Shown: in pieces, positions 50,617 to 59,504 of the stretch
Layout of the letters: each line of letters starts with the position of its first letter
How positions within the stretch are numbered: the first letter of the stretch is position 1
Assembly: GCA_965225855.1 (NCBI GenBank)
Contig: CBDDCK010000005.1
Span: forward strand, 1,792,001-1,856,000
Direction: 5' to 3'
Length of the DNA: 64,000 nt
Source of the DNA: Spirochaetia bacterium
GTDB taxonomy: Bacteria; Spirochaetota; Spirochaetia; SP-2023
The notes under the pieces: generated by a model
Told to the model about the DNA's origin: nothing
Seen by the model: only the letters and a program-made list of their open reading frames with translations
Database searches by the model: none
Program-made: the position numbers and the translations under genes

Positions 50617-51325
50617 TTGCCCACAGACTCACATCTATTTACCAGTGAAGGCAATAACACTCTACAAAACCGACTAAAAGATCATTTCAAAGACAATGCG
50701 ATCAAATATGTAGAGTTTCTGATCGGTTATTTTAGGATAAGTGGTTTTTATAAACTAGCTTCATTGATATATCCAAATCAACATTTTAGAATTTTAATAT
50801 CATTTTAACTAATGAAGTACTTGCTGAAGGAATAAAATTTACACCGAGCAAATGTAATCGTAAATTACGATTTACCATAAAACAAAATGATAAAGTAGAT
50901 TTGACAAAGTATAATCTATCTTCTGTAGATAAAAAAAGCAGTATTTTATTTAGAAGGTTTGAAAAAGCAACTAAAAAAAATAGGATATAAATCCATTTTG
51001 GAAAATACAAAAAATGAAATAGAAAAAAGCACACGAGTAAAGTTATCCTCAAAAATTAACAGTGCAATAAAAAATACCATAAAGAAGATATTGCCGATGT
51101 AGATAACTTCAAACGATTATGTGAAAAGGTCTTATTAGATTATTGACTCGTTTGGTGTTTTGTTGGTTTTTGAAAGAAAAAGACTTAATTCCAAAAGAAG
51201 TTTTTGACAAAGAAAAAATAAAAGAATTTTTAGATTTAGACAAAAATTCAAGCATTTATTATCAAGCCATATTACAAAACTTATTTTTTGGAACACTTAA
51301 TAAATCAATTAACGAGAGAGTTTAG
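50617..51325 (+). pseudogene. Remnants of a helicase/PLD plus type IIG (Eco57I-like) R-M locus
   Basis: FT..NNTL..VEFLIGYFRISGFYKL (PLD/SNF2-helicase N-terminus type) and LLTRLVFCWFLKEKDLIP..YYQAILQNLFFGTLN (IIG MTase type) in broken frames; very AT-rich. Confidence 0.7.
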
Positions 51326-51640
51326 AAAAGATAAACAACATAACATGATACGGGACATGATAACTGAACGGGATAGGCGCGATAACTCGGGATTTTTTGG
51401 GACAAATGGGAAGGTAAAAATTGGCTTACTTTCTAAAATAAAAAAGTAAAAAAATTTTCATTGCACGAGAAAAAGCCAGAATCCATTTTTAACACCAAAC
51501 CAGAGCAAAAACGCTCAAAACTTCAAAAAGCCAAAGCGCCCCCAACAAACACCCCAACACCCAACCAAAAAACCACCCCCCCAATCCTTCACAACAAAAA
51601 CCAAACCATGCCCTAATTATGTACTTTTGAAAAGGAACAA

Positions 51641-51709
51641 TTATGGACTAGGTCGGTCCATAGTTATCGACTTGCCTCGTCTATAGCTATGGATTGGTTG
51701 CTTTGATGG
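51641..51709. repeat. 23-bp-period palindromic tandem repeat, 3 degenerate units
   Basis: ttatggactaggtcggtccatag / ttatcgacttgcctcgtctatag / ctatggattggttgctttgatgg; unit 1 has tatggac..gtccata arms. Confidence 0.7.
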
Positions 51710-51956
51710 TTTATAGATTCAACTAATATTCAATGCAAATGAATTGGCATGGATTTTTAACCCCCAACCAACACTAAAAAACAACACTAACACACAAAAA
51801 AAGTGCCCAAACATAAAAAAAGCACAAAAAAACTTACAAAAAGCTTACAAAAAGCTTGTATAGGCCTTGACGCAACACCCCCCCTAGCAAAATGGGGCAC
51901 TGTACACTAGCCCGTATGGGTTGGCTAATCTTTATCCATTTTTGGAGGTATTGCTT

Positions 51957-53684
51957 ATGTATAAGCTCAAACTATTTTTATTGCCAGTAGCCTGGCTACT
52001 GGCCTTTATGGCCTTGGCCTGCGCCCCGCCCGATGACGATGATCGATCTTCTGCGCCGTCTAAGCCGACTATCAATAACGCCATCTACGACTTTGCTACG
52101 GCTCTGTTAACCGTACAAGGTTCTAACTTAAGTCCTACAGAAGCGCAAATCCAAACCATCGTAGTAGATGGCGTAGCCTTCAGTTCCTATACTGCAGATG
52201 ACGATGCCACTGGGCCAGATAATAGCAATCTGGCAAAAGGTAAGTACCGTATTAAAAGCGATGGCACAAAGCTTTGGCTTAGACTTACCGATCAACATAA
52301 AGCTGCTCTTCAGACCAAGTTGGGTAGCAATGGTCTAAAAAAAGGGTTGCTTACTAGCTCTGGTGCTTGGGCAGGTTTAAATACACCTAAAGACTTGGAC
52401 GTTAGTAATGTACCCGAAAATAAGCAGTCTAAAGTATCCGATGACAATCAGCCATCTAAGCAAACTGAAGAAGCTGAACAAGCTGAACAAGTCGAACAAG
52501 CTGAAGAGGAGTCGCGTAAACTACCCGAAGCCGAACAAGCTGAAGAAGAGTCGCCTAAGCAACCTAAAGACGAACAAGTCGAACAAGTCGAAGAGGAGTC
52601 GCCTAAAGCTGCAATTACCGGTGCAAGCTACCATGTTGGCACGGCGCTGTTAACTTTACAAGGTACTGACTTAGGTAGTGCGACCCAAGCCCAAATCCAA
52701 ACCATCGTGGTAGATGGCGTAGCCTTAAGTTCCTATACTGCCACAGCCACTGGGGCAGATAGTCGCGGTCTTGCAAAAGGTAAGTACCGTATTAAAAACG
52801 ATGGCACAGCGCTTTGGCTTTACCTTACCGATGACGATAAAGATGCTCTGAATGGCAAGACAGGTATGGATAGCAATGGTCTAAAAGATGGGTTGCTTAC
52901 TAGCACTGGTGCTTGGGCGGGTTTAGATACAGCCAAACCCTTAACCGTTAGTGGAAACCCCGCACCCGCAATTACCCGTGCAACCTATGATGTAAATAGA
53001 GGCGTGTTAGTGATTACAGGTACTAATTTACCGACAACAGTTGCAGAATGGGACTTTAGCAAATTGACACTTGTATCCGGTGATCGTACTAATAGATTGA
53101 CATTACCTCGGTTCATATTAGGTATAAGCAAAGCCACAGGTTCTGCAGTAAGTGCAACAAGCTTAACGATTACTTTAAGCGGTAGTGTAAAAGACAAAGC
53201 CGATGCTATATTGGTTAACGATGGTGTTCGTGATGAGTTTGGTGCATACAACCTGGAAGCAGCAGCAGGATTTGCCGGTGGTAGCGCTGAAGACACAACC
53301 AACCCGATTACCGTTAGTGGGTATACCATCATCAACGCATCATACAGCGCTAATACAGGCGAGTTAACTATTTATGGTAGAGGTTTACCAACAACAATTG
53401 CAGAGTGGGACTTTAGCAAATTGACGATTGTATCCCGTGATGGTAGTAAGAGATACACATTACCACGGCACTCAACTGTAGGCGCAAACAGAGCCACAGG
53501 TACTGTAGCAGCTATAAAAGGCTTAAAGATTACTTTAAGCGGTAGTGTAAAACAGAAAGCCGAAGCTATAATGCAGGAGCGTTTTCGTATATACAAATTT
53601 GAAGCAGCAGCAGGATTTGTACCTGGTAGTCCAGAAGACCCAACAGTTATTCTTACTAGTACTATTACTAGGCGTTCTAAGTAA
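51957..53684 (+). CDS. Modular surface lipoprotein (A-linker-A-B-B repeats), paralogue 1
   Basis: RBS ggagg; MYKLK..LAFMALAC lipobox; ~120-aa beta-rich repeats starting (A)IT.A.Y; acidic EQA linker. Confidence 0.85.
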   Translation: MYKLKLFLLPVAWLLAFMALACAPPDDDDRSSAPSKPTINNAIYDFATALLTVQGSNLSPTEAQIQTIVVDGVAFSSYTADDDATGPDNSNLAKGKYRIKSDGTKLWLRLTDQHKAALQTKLGSNGLKKGLLTSSGAWAGLNTPKDLDVSNVPENKQSKVSDDNQPSKQTEEAEQAEQVEQAEEESRKLPEAEQAEEESPKQPKDEQVEQVEEESPKAAITGASYHVGTALLTLQGTDLGSATQAQIQTIVVDGVALSSYTATATGADSRGLAKGKYRIKNDGTALWLYLTDDDKDALNGKTGMDSNGLKDGLLTSTGAWAGLDTAKPLTVSGNPAPAITRATYDVNRGVLVITGTNLPTTVAEWDFSKLTLVSGDRTNRLTLPRFILGISKATGSAVSATSLTITLSGSVKDKADAILVNDGVRDEFGAYNLEAAAGFAGGSAEDTTNPITVSGYTIINASYSANTGELTIYGRGLPTTIAEWDFSKLTIVSRDGSKRYTLPRHSTVGANRATGTVAAIKGLKITLSGSVKQKAEAIMQERFRIYKFEAAAGFVPGSPEDPTVILTSTITRRSK

Positions 53685-53807
53685 GTAAGGTTTGGTTGTT
53701 GCAACGCTTGCATTTGAAAATTGCAACCTTGGTAAGTTTTTTAGCAAGGTTGCTTTTACCAATTATAGCCTTGGTATAAAGTATTGTTCCGCATTGGTGC
53801 AATACAT

Positions 53808-53847
53808 CTTTCCGCCTTGGATCAAGGCCTTGATCCAAGGTGGAAAG
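53808..53847. repeat. 40-bp near-perfect palindrome with no loop
   Basis: ctttccgccttggatcaagg|ccttgatccaaggtggaaag (one G-T mismatch). Confidence 0.92.
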
Positions 53848-54333
53848 CTATATCATAGCAAGGCCAAAACCACCAAGCTAAAACGTTGCCATAAAAATTA
53901 AGAGATTCTCTTAATAACTAACAAGAACTTTTTGTAACAAGATAAACTTTGGTCAAGCCTTGCTTGCCTTTTGGGTTGGTACTATGGCTAGCAAGTCGTT
54001 TGATTTTGCGTGCGCCGTTACAATAAGTAGGAGCGCAAAAGGCTGTATATAAAGGAGGAGTTTATTCGTATAAGATTCAGGCATAAGGGATTGTTTTCCT
54101 TGCTGTTTTTCATAAGAATAAAGGTTTGGGCGCAGGGGTTTTTGAGTCTGCGACCGTGGACTATACTCACGCCCGAAGAGTTTGCTATAAAAAACCGTAT
54201 AGAAAAGATAGGTACGCCATTAAAAGAGTGTATACTGATGAAAAACGGTTGAGATTGATGGCAAAAAGCAAAATATCTAAATATAATTTCAGCCATACCC
54301 CAAGCTTGTATAGATAAGAAGGTATATCAATAC

Positions 54334-55653
54334 ATGGCAATACAAACTATCTTGCAGCGTCTACAGCAACAACAGCAGTACCGCAGTTTAGAAACATTCG
54401 CCAGGCCCGGATCTAACCCTAACCAACAGCTATTGAGCTTTTGTGCCAATGACTACCTAAACCTCTCCCAACATGACGAACTTAAAGCAGCCGCTATCTA
54501 TGCTACCCAACATTACGGTTGCAGTGCCGCTTCATCGCGTCTGCTATCGGGCCACTTAGCCATTCATCAAGAACTAGAACAACGGCTAACAACTTGGTTT
54601 GGCAGTGGCTATCAAGCAGCTTTGAGCTTTGGCAGCGGTTATCTAGCCAACAGCGGTATACTGCAAGCCATATTGCAGTCCAACACCATTGTTCTATGGG
54701 ACCAACTCAATCATGCTAGCCTAATTGATGGCCTACGGCTGGCCAGTAGCACCCATGCTGGCTTGGGCCAAAGCACAATCCAATGGCAACGCTATAAACA
54801 CTGCGATATGCAAGACTTGGAGCACCGCCTACAGAAAATCCAGCAGCAAGCCGAGTCCAAAGCAGAAAGGCCCACTATCTGGCTGCTTACCGATTCTGTA
54901 TTCAGCATGGACGGTGATATTGCACCATTGTTGCAGTTAGCTCAATTATCCCATAAGTACCAATTCCACTGGCTGGTAGATGAAGCCCATGCTGTAGGTA
55001 TTTATGGCCATAAAGGGTCAGGCTTAGTACAAGCCTTAGCACAGAGCATAGCCAAGCCCAAAAACAACAGCCAAGTCAAGCAAAGCTATCGTCTGCCAGA
55101 CTTAGTTACCGCAAATTTTGCCAAAGCCCTGGGAAGCTATGGCGGTTATTGCCTGTGCAGCCATGAATGGAAGGAATACCTAGTAAACTTTTGCCGCAGT
55201 CTCATCTATTCTACCGGCCTACCACCATCTTGCGCTGCTGCTGCCCTCAAGGCAACTGAAATTGTTGAGCGTGAATGTATGGCTCATCAACAGCAAACAC
55301 TGGATTGCTCTATAATAGCTCAAGATGTAAGCCAAGGTGCAGTCAAAGGCTTAGGCGCCCAATTACTACAGAATAGCCACCTATTCCATCAAACCCTACA
55401 AGCGGTAATACCACAGATTAACTTACTACCATTGCAAAGCCCAATAGTCCCAGTAATACTCGGTAATAACCAGCAAGTGCTAGAAGTGGCCAAAGTATTA
55501 CGCGATAGTGGTATCATCGTAAAAGCCATCCGTAGCCCAACCGTACCCAAGGGTAGAGAACGCTTGCGCTTTTCACTAAGCCTAGGCCATCATAAACAGG
55601 ACTTACTGTATTGTGCCAAGGCTATTGGCAATGCCTGTTGGCCAAATCATTAG
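54334..55653 (+). CDS. bioF: 8-amino-7-oxononanoate synthase
   Basis: FCANDYLNLS, SRLLSGH, SGYLAN, DQLNHASLIDG, DSVFSMDGD, DEAHAVG, AKALGSYGG, IRSPTVP. Confidence 0.93.
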   Translation: MAIQTILQRLQQQQQYRSLETFARPGSNPNQQLLSFCANDYLNLSQHDELKAAAIYATQHYGCSAASSRLLSGHLAIHQELEQRLTTWFGSGYQAALSFGSGYLANSGILQAILQSNTIVLWDQLNHASLIDGLRLASSTHAGLGQSTIQWQRYKHCDMQDLEHRLQKIQQQAESKAERPTIWLLTDSVFSMDGDIAPLLQLAQLSHKYQFHWLVDEAHAVGIYGHKGSGLVQALAQSIAKPKNNSQVKQSYRLPDLVTANFAKALGSYGGYCLCSHEWKEYLVNFCRSLIYSTGLPPSCAAAALKATEIVERECMAHQQQTLDCSIIAQDVSQGAVKGLGAQLLQNSHLFHQTLQAVIPQINLLPLQSPIVPVILGNNQQVLEVAKVLRDSGIIVKAIRSPTVPKGRERLRFSLSLGHHKQDLLYCAKAIGNACWPNH

Positions 55654-55699
55654 CCAAGCTGTAGAATAAAATATTAGCGCGAATACATAGGAACACAGT

Positions 55700-56548
55700 A
55701 TGCTTATAAACAAAGTTTTAGTGCGTATTAGTGGTTGGGGTAGTCAATGCCAGATTTTGGACCCTTTATTAGCCCATTGCCCCGAGCTAGCCCACCACAA
55801 AAGGCTTGATCTAGCGTGGCAGGATTTTGTTAGTATTACGGATACCAGCCAACGGCGCCAAGCATTGCTTTACACCTTTGAGCAAAAGTACTTATCATCC
55901 ATTCAAGGGCCGATTCATGGCCAAGGTAAGAACCCAAGTAATCCTGAAAGCCACCTAAGCCATATAAGCCACCAATGGGAAATTGCCGATATGGTGATAC
56001 TTGGGTGGTCCTTAGGTGGCCTATTAGCCTTAGAGCTTAGCTTAGCCATCAATCATCAACAAGCAAACCCCAAAAGGCCACGATTATTGTTATTAAGCCC
56101 CACCGCAGCTATGTGTGGGCCTGCTTTAGTACCCCCTATCATTTTAAAGATGATGCAACAAAAACTAAACCAAGCAAACAATAGCGTGCTACTTGACTTT
56201 GCCGCAAACCTAGGGGATTATCATGGTCATCATGGGGCCGATAAAGAATGGAAGCAATTGTATTTAAAACAAGCTCAAAGCTTTAGCACAGAGCAATTGA
56301 TAGCGGGCTTAACATATTTAAGATCCTGCGATCTTCGGGAGGAACTAGGGGGCTTCCAGAACCCTAGCCTACTGATTAGTGGCACTCATGATAAGATTAT
56401 CCCAGTACAACAAAGCCAAGCTTTAGCCCAATTACTAGGCAATGCAGCGAAACTACAACTATTAGAAGCAGGTGGACATTGTAGTCCATTATTGGCTGGA
56501 GCCCAATGCAAGCAATCCATTAGTGATTTACTACAAAGCCAAAAGTAA
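55700..56548 (+). CDS. bioH: Alpha/beta hydrolase, BioH-like pimeloyl-ACP methyl ester esterase
   Basis: SGWG, GWSLGG nucleophile elbow, GTHDKIIP, GGH; directly follows bioF. Confidence 0.75.
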   Translation: MLINKVLVRISGWGSQCQILDPLLAHCPELAHHKRLDLAWQDFVSITDTSQRRQALLYTFEQKYLSSIQGPIHGQGKNPSNPESHLSHISHQWEIADMVILGWSLGGLLALELSLAINHQQANPKRPRLLLLSPTAAMCGPALVPPIILKMMQQKLNQANNSVLLDFAANLGDYHGHHGADKEWKQLYLKQAQSFSTEQLIAGLTYLRSCDLREELGGFQNPSLLISGTHDKIIPVQQSQALAQLLGNAAKLQLLEAGGHCSPLLAGAQCKQSISDLLQSQK

Positions 56549-56609
56549 CGATAGATCAACTATAAAAGGAAATAAGGGGGGAAAATACCGACATAGGGTA
56601 TAGATAGAA

Positions 56610-56693
56610 TGCCGGGGACCGGAATCGAACCGGCACGCCCTTACGAGCACGGGATTTTAAGTCCCGGGTGTCTACCAATTCCACCACCCCGGC
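56610..56693 (-). tRNA. tRNA-Leu(TAA)
   Basis: gccggggtggtggaattggtagacac-ccggga cTTAAaa tcccg-long variable arm-gccggttcgattccggtccccggca; CCA not encoded. Confidence 0.96.
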
Positions 56694-56704
56694 ATGTGCA
56701 CAAC

Positions 56705-56734
56705 ATTATAAGCAATCGTAATAAATATTGTCAA
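56705..56734 (-). promoter_or_regulatory. Sigma70 promoter for tRNA-Leu
   Basis: TTGACA-18 nt-TATAAT, 11 nt upstream of the tRNA. Confidence 0.8.
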
Positions 56735-56738
56735 TAAA

Positions 56739-56905
56739 AACCCGCAAACGCCGTAGAGTAACTAGAACACTTGAACACCAAAGTCCAAGAATTGGCAGGC
56801 CTGAAATGCATCGGGAAATGGGTATCTCACGTCAGCATACCAAGGCGTGCTGTGCGCTAAAAGCTTAGAGCCAAGAGAATAGGACTCATACGTACGCAGC
56901 AGGTC
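56739..56905 (-). ncRNA. ssrS: 6S RNA
   Basis: Directly downstream of zapA (conserved synteny); terminal pairing gacctgc/gcgggtt; 3' segment cttggac..gttcaag and acggcg resemble 6S conserved elements. Confidence 0.75.
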
Positions 56906-56919
56906 AGTACCAGTATACT

Positions 56920-57219
56920 TTATTCACTTAATTGAGGCAATGCTTTTAGCTCCTGTAATAACTCATCAACAAACTTTCCAGCTTCTACACCATCTTCTAG
57001 TAATTTCTTACGTTTAGCACGTTCTATCAAAAGATCGTCTACCAATAGAAAAGCTGTAATAAGGGCCGTTTTTAAAGCATCATTAAGATTTAAAGCATCC
57101 TGCGTTAAAGCAATTTTATGTTCTAAATGCCGAAACACTTGTTCCATATAAGAAAGATCGCTATTGCTGCGCAACTCTATATTACTACCGAGTAGAGAAA
57201 AACTAAATTGATTTTGCAT
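56920..57219 (-). CDS. zapA: Cell division protein ZapA
   Basis: FSLLGSNIELRS..YMEQV..LKTALITAFLLVDDLL; size and context. Confidence 0.8.
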   Translation of the reverse strand: MQNQFSFSLLGSNIELRSNSDLSYMEQVFRHLEHKIALTQDALNLNDALKTALITAFLLVDDLLIERAKRKKLLEDGVEAGKFVDELLQELKALPQLSE

Positions 57220-57490
57220 AAAGACCTAAATTATATAAGTTATAAATGAATAGAGCATCTAATGATTTTTATTTGCTGGCACGGCTAAAATTTCTAATAG
57301 CAAACTGCTAAAAGATTTCATCATTGGAAGCTTTTTAGAGCAGATTATTCCCCACCCTTTAAGGCGCTATCTATCATTCAAGTATTCTCCGTTAAAGAAG
57401 CAATCCCTGCAGCCAAAGATTCTGAACTTTGAATTTGTGTCATTTGTTTAGCTCTTATACTCTGATTTTTCGCATCATTTATATTCCTAC

Positions 57491-58090
57491 CTACACATGC
57501 TTAACAGACACCGAATCATTATTTTGTGATTTTGTAGGAAAAATCAATTCTTCTGTATCTTCCTTATCTGCAGGTTGTTGTTCAAGGTTTATTGAGCTAA
57601 TTTCCTGTAAATTCGAGTTTTGATGATATAGCTCTAAAAACTGCCGTAAATCAGAGCTTTTCTGCGACTCTAAAACGGGTAGATTCTCCTCGGGAACTAC
57701 AGAATTACTGTTTATATCCGTTGGATTTGCTTCTAGCTTAACTGGGTCTATCTGTTGCTCTACTTGAACATCAGTTTCCAATATTTCTTGTTTTACAAAA
57801 GTATTTGAAGTTTGCGGTATAGACTCTACGTCCAGCTGAAGCTCTTGCAACTCGGTCATCAACTGGTTAAATTCCACTTCTACCAATTGTTGGTTTTGGG
57901 CTAAATCACGGTTTGTTTGGCATACTTGTTCCAAATTCTCCTTATATTCCACCAATTTTTGACACAACACTGTATTTTCTTGCTTTAAAGTATGGTTTTC
58001 TTGCTTTAAAGCATGAATCCGAGTTTCCATCTTTGTTACAGTAGCATTTATAAGCTCCCGAAGTTTCTGCAATTGCACTAGCGAAATCAT
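57491..58090 (-). CDS. ZapB-like coiled-coil protein
   Basis: MISLVQLQKL..LKQENHTLKQEN coiled coil between rplT and zapA; RBS ggagg. Confidence 0.6.
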   Translation of the reverse strand: MISLVQLQKLRELINATVTKMETRIHALKQENHTLKQENTVLCQKLVEYKENLEQVCQTNRDLAQNQQLVEVEFNQLMTELQELQLDVESIPQTSNTFVKQEILETDVQVEQQIDPVKLEANPTDINSNSVVPEENLPVLESQKSSDLRQFLELYHQNSNLQEISSINLEQQPADKEDTEELIFPTKSQNNDSVSVKHV

Positions 58091-58195
58091 CTAACCTCCT
58101 ATACATCGAAAAACAGAATTGATAAAGCTTTGAATAAAAACTACCTTAATCTATCTGACAAGATAATTTTGGCAATTTTACGGAAACAGCACCTA

Positions 58196-58546
58196 CTAAT
58201 GCAGACGGACCTGCTCGACAATAGAATTGAAAGCTTTAGGGTCTTCAATTGCCATATTGGACAAAGCTTTGCGATTGAGCCCGATCTTATTTTTAATAAT
58301 TCCAGTCATAAATTGCGAATAATTTATCCCTTGTTCACGGCAAGCAGCAGAAATCCTAGCAATCCATAAACGACGGAAATCCCGTTTTTTGCGTTTGCGA
58401 TCGCGATAAGCATAAGCACCAGCTTTTGCTGTCGCATCTTTTGCTTGCCTTAAAAGCTTTCCAGGTCTTCCACGAAAACCTTTTGCTCTTTCAAGTACTT
58501 TTTTACGCCGATCTTTGCGGCGTGTACCATCAATAGCTCTTGGCAT
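58196..58546 (-). CDS. rplT: 50S ribosomal protein L20
   Basis: AKGFRG, YAYRDRKRKKRDFRRLWIARI, LNRKALS. Confidence 0.99.
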   Translation of the reverse strand: MPRAIDGTRRKDRRKKVLERAKGFRGRPGKLLRQAKDATAKAGAYAYRDRKRKKRDFRRLWIARISAACREQGINYSQFMTGIIKNKIGLNRKALSNMAIEDPKAFNSIVEQVRLH

Positions 58547-58588
58547 TTTTTATAACTCCAATAAAACAAAATCAAATCCAATAATTCC

Positions 58589-58786
58589 TTAGCTATAAGG
58601 CATCATCTGCCGAGCTCTTGCAAACTCGACTTTATCGACAACAGAGCCTTTGCGCAGCCGCCTTTTGCGTTTTGCAGATTTCTTTGTCAATATATGGCGC
58701 AGACCTTGTTTCTTTATAACTATTTTACCTGAACCAGTTACCTTATAACGGGAAGCAGCCGCCTTCCGAGTCTTCATTTTCGGCAT
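58589..58786 (-). CDS. rpmI: 50S ribosomal protein L35
   Basis: MPKMKT..RYKVTGSGK..RHILTKKS.KRKRRLR. Confidence 0.99.
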   Translation of the reverse strand: MPKMKTRKAAASRYKVTGSGKIVIKKQGLRHILTKKSAKRKRRLRKGSVVDKVEFARARQMMPYS

Positions 58787-58819
58787 ATATAAACCTCTTA
58801 CTTCATATACAAAATCACT

Positions 58820-59371
58820 TTATGATTTCTTCGACTTTTTAGAACTAAGCATCATACTCAATAAACGCCCTTCCATCTTTGGACGAGAGTCTACATTGTA
58901 GCTACCTTCTTCAAGATGGGCAATAACCTTATTTAAAACGTTATCTCCCAAATATTCTGTATGGGCTAATTCCCTCCCTCTAAAGCGCACTGTTACTTTC
59001 ACTTTAGAGCCTTCTTCCAGGAATTCTTGAATTTGGCGAGTCTTAAATACAATATCGTGTTGGTCAATTTTCGGCTGCATTCGTATTTCTTTTAGCTTTA
59101 TCTGATGTTGCTGCTTCTTTTGTTCTCGCTGCCTTTTTTCTTGCTCAAACTTGAATTTGCCATAGTCAATAATCTTACATACAGGCGGCCTAGCTTGCGG
59201 AGCAACCTCCACAAGGTCTAACCCAGTACGTTCTGCTTGTTGCAATGCTTGGCGAAGGGATACTAACCCAATTTTTTGTTCATCTATACCAATTAGAAAT
59301 ACTTCTTGTGCTTTTATTTGGCGATTGGTAGCCAAATCCTTCTTCTTAACATTTGCAGACAAAAATAACAA
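58820..59371 (-). CDS. infC: Translation initiation factor IF-3 (non-ATG start, TTG at 59371 or 59362)
   Basis: LDLVEVAP.ARPPVCKIIDYGKFKFE, KVKVTVRFRGRE. Confidence 0.98.
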   Translation of the reverse strand: MLFLSANVKKKDLATNRQIKAQEVFLIGIDEQKIGLVSLRQALQQAERTGLDLVEVAPQARPPVCKIIDYGKFKFEQEKRQREQKKQQHQIKLKEIRMQPKIDQHDIVFKTRQIQEFLEEGSKVKVTVRFRGRELAHTEYLGDNVLNKVIAHLEEGSYNVDSRPKMEGRLLSMMLSSKKSKKS

Positions 59372-59504
59372 CCTTTATATTGTGACCAGCTATAAAAATG
59401 CCACAATGATAATTCATATATAATATCTATACTGGATAATAATTAACCTAAGCGTTTAACGATATTAGAACACAATTATGTAAAAACTATATGTTTTTGT
59501 CTAG

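Larger units (their letters stand above)
51781..53885 (+). repeat. Long inverted repeat arm 1 (promoter + lipoprotein gene + 3' region), homologous to 59505..61903
   Basis: Shared upstream aggccttgacgcaacaccccccctagcaaaatgggg..actagcccgtatgggttggctaatctttatcc, near-identical coding blocks, shared 3' ccttggtaagttttt..caagg and accaagctaaaa. Confidence 0.9.

Noticed and set aside
50890..50930. atctatcttctgtagat resembling a Cas12a repeat 3' end
   Set aside because: Single, imperfect, inside an R-M pseudogene and without periodic copies.
54018..54317. Overlapping opposite-strand short ORFs upstream of bioF
   Set aside because: No recognisable motif or RBS, so neither can be supported.
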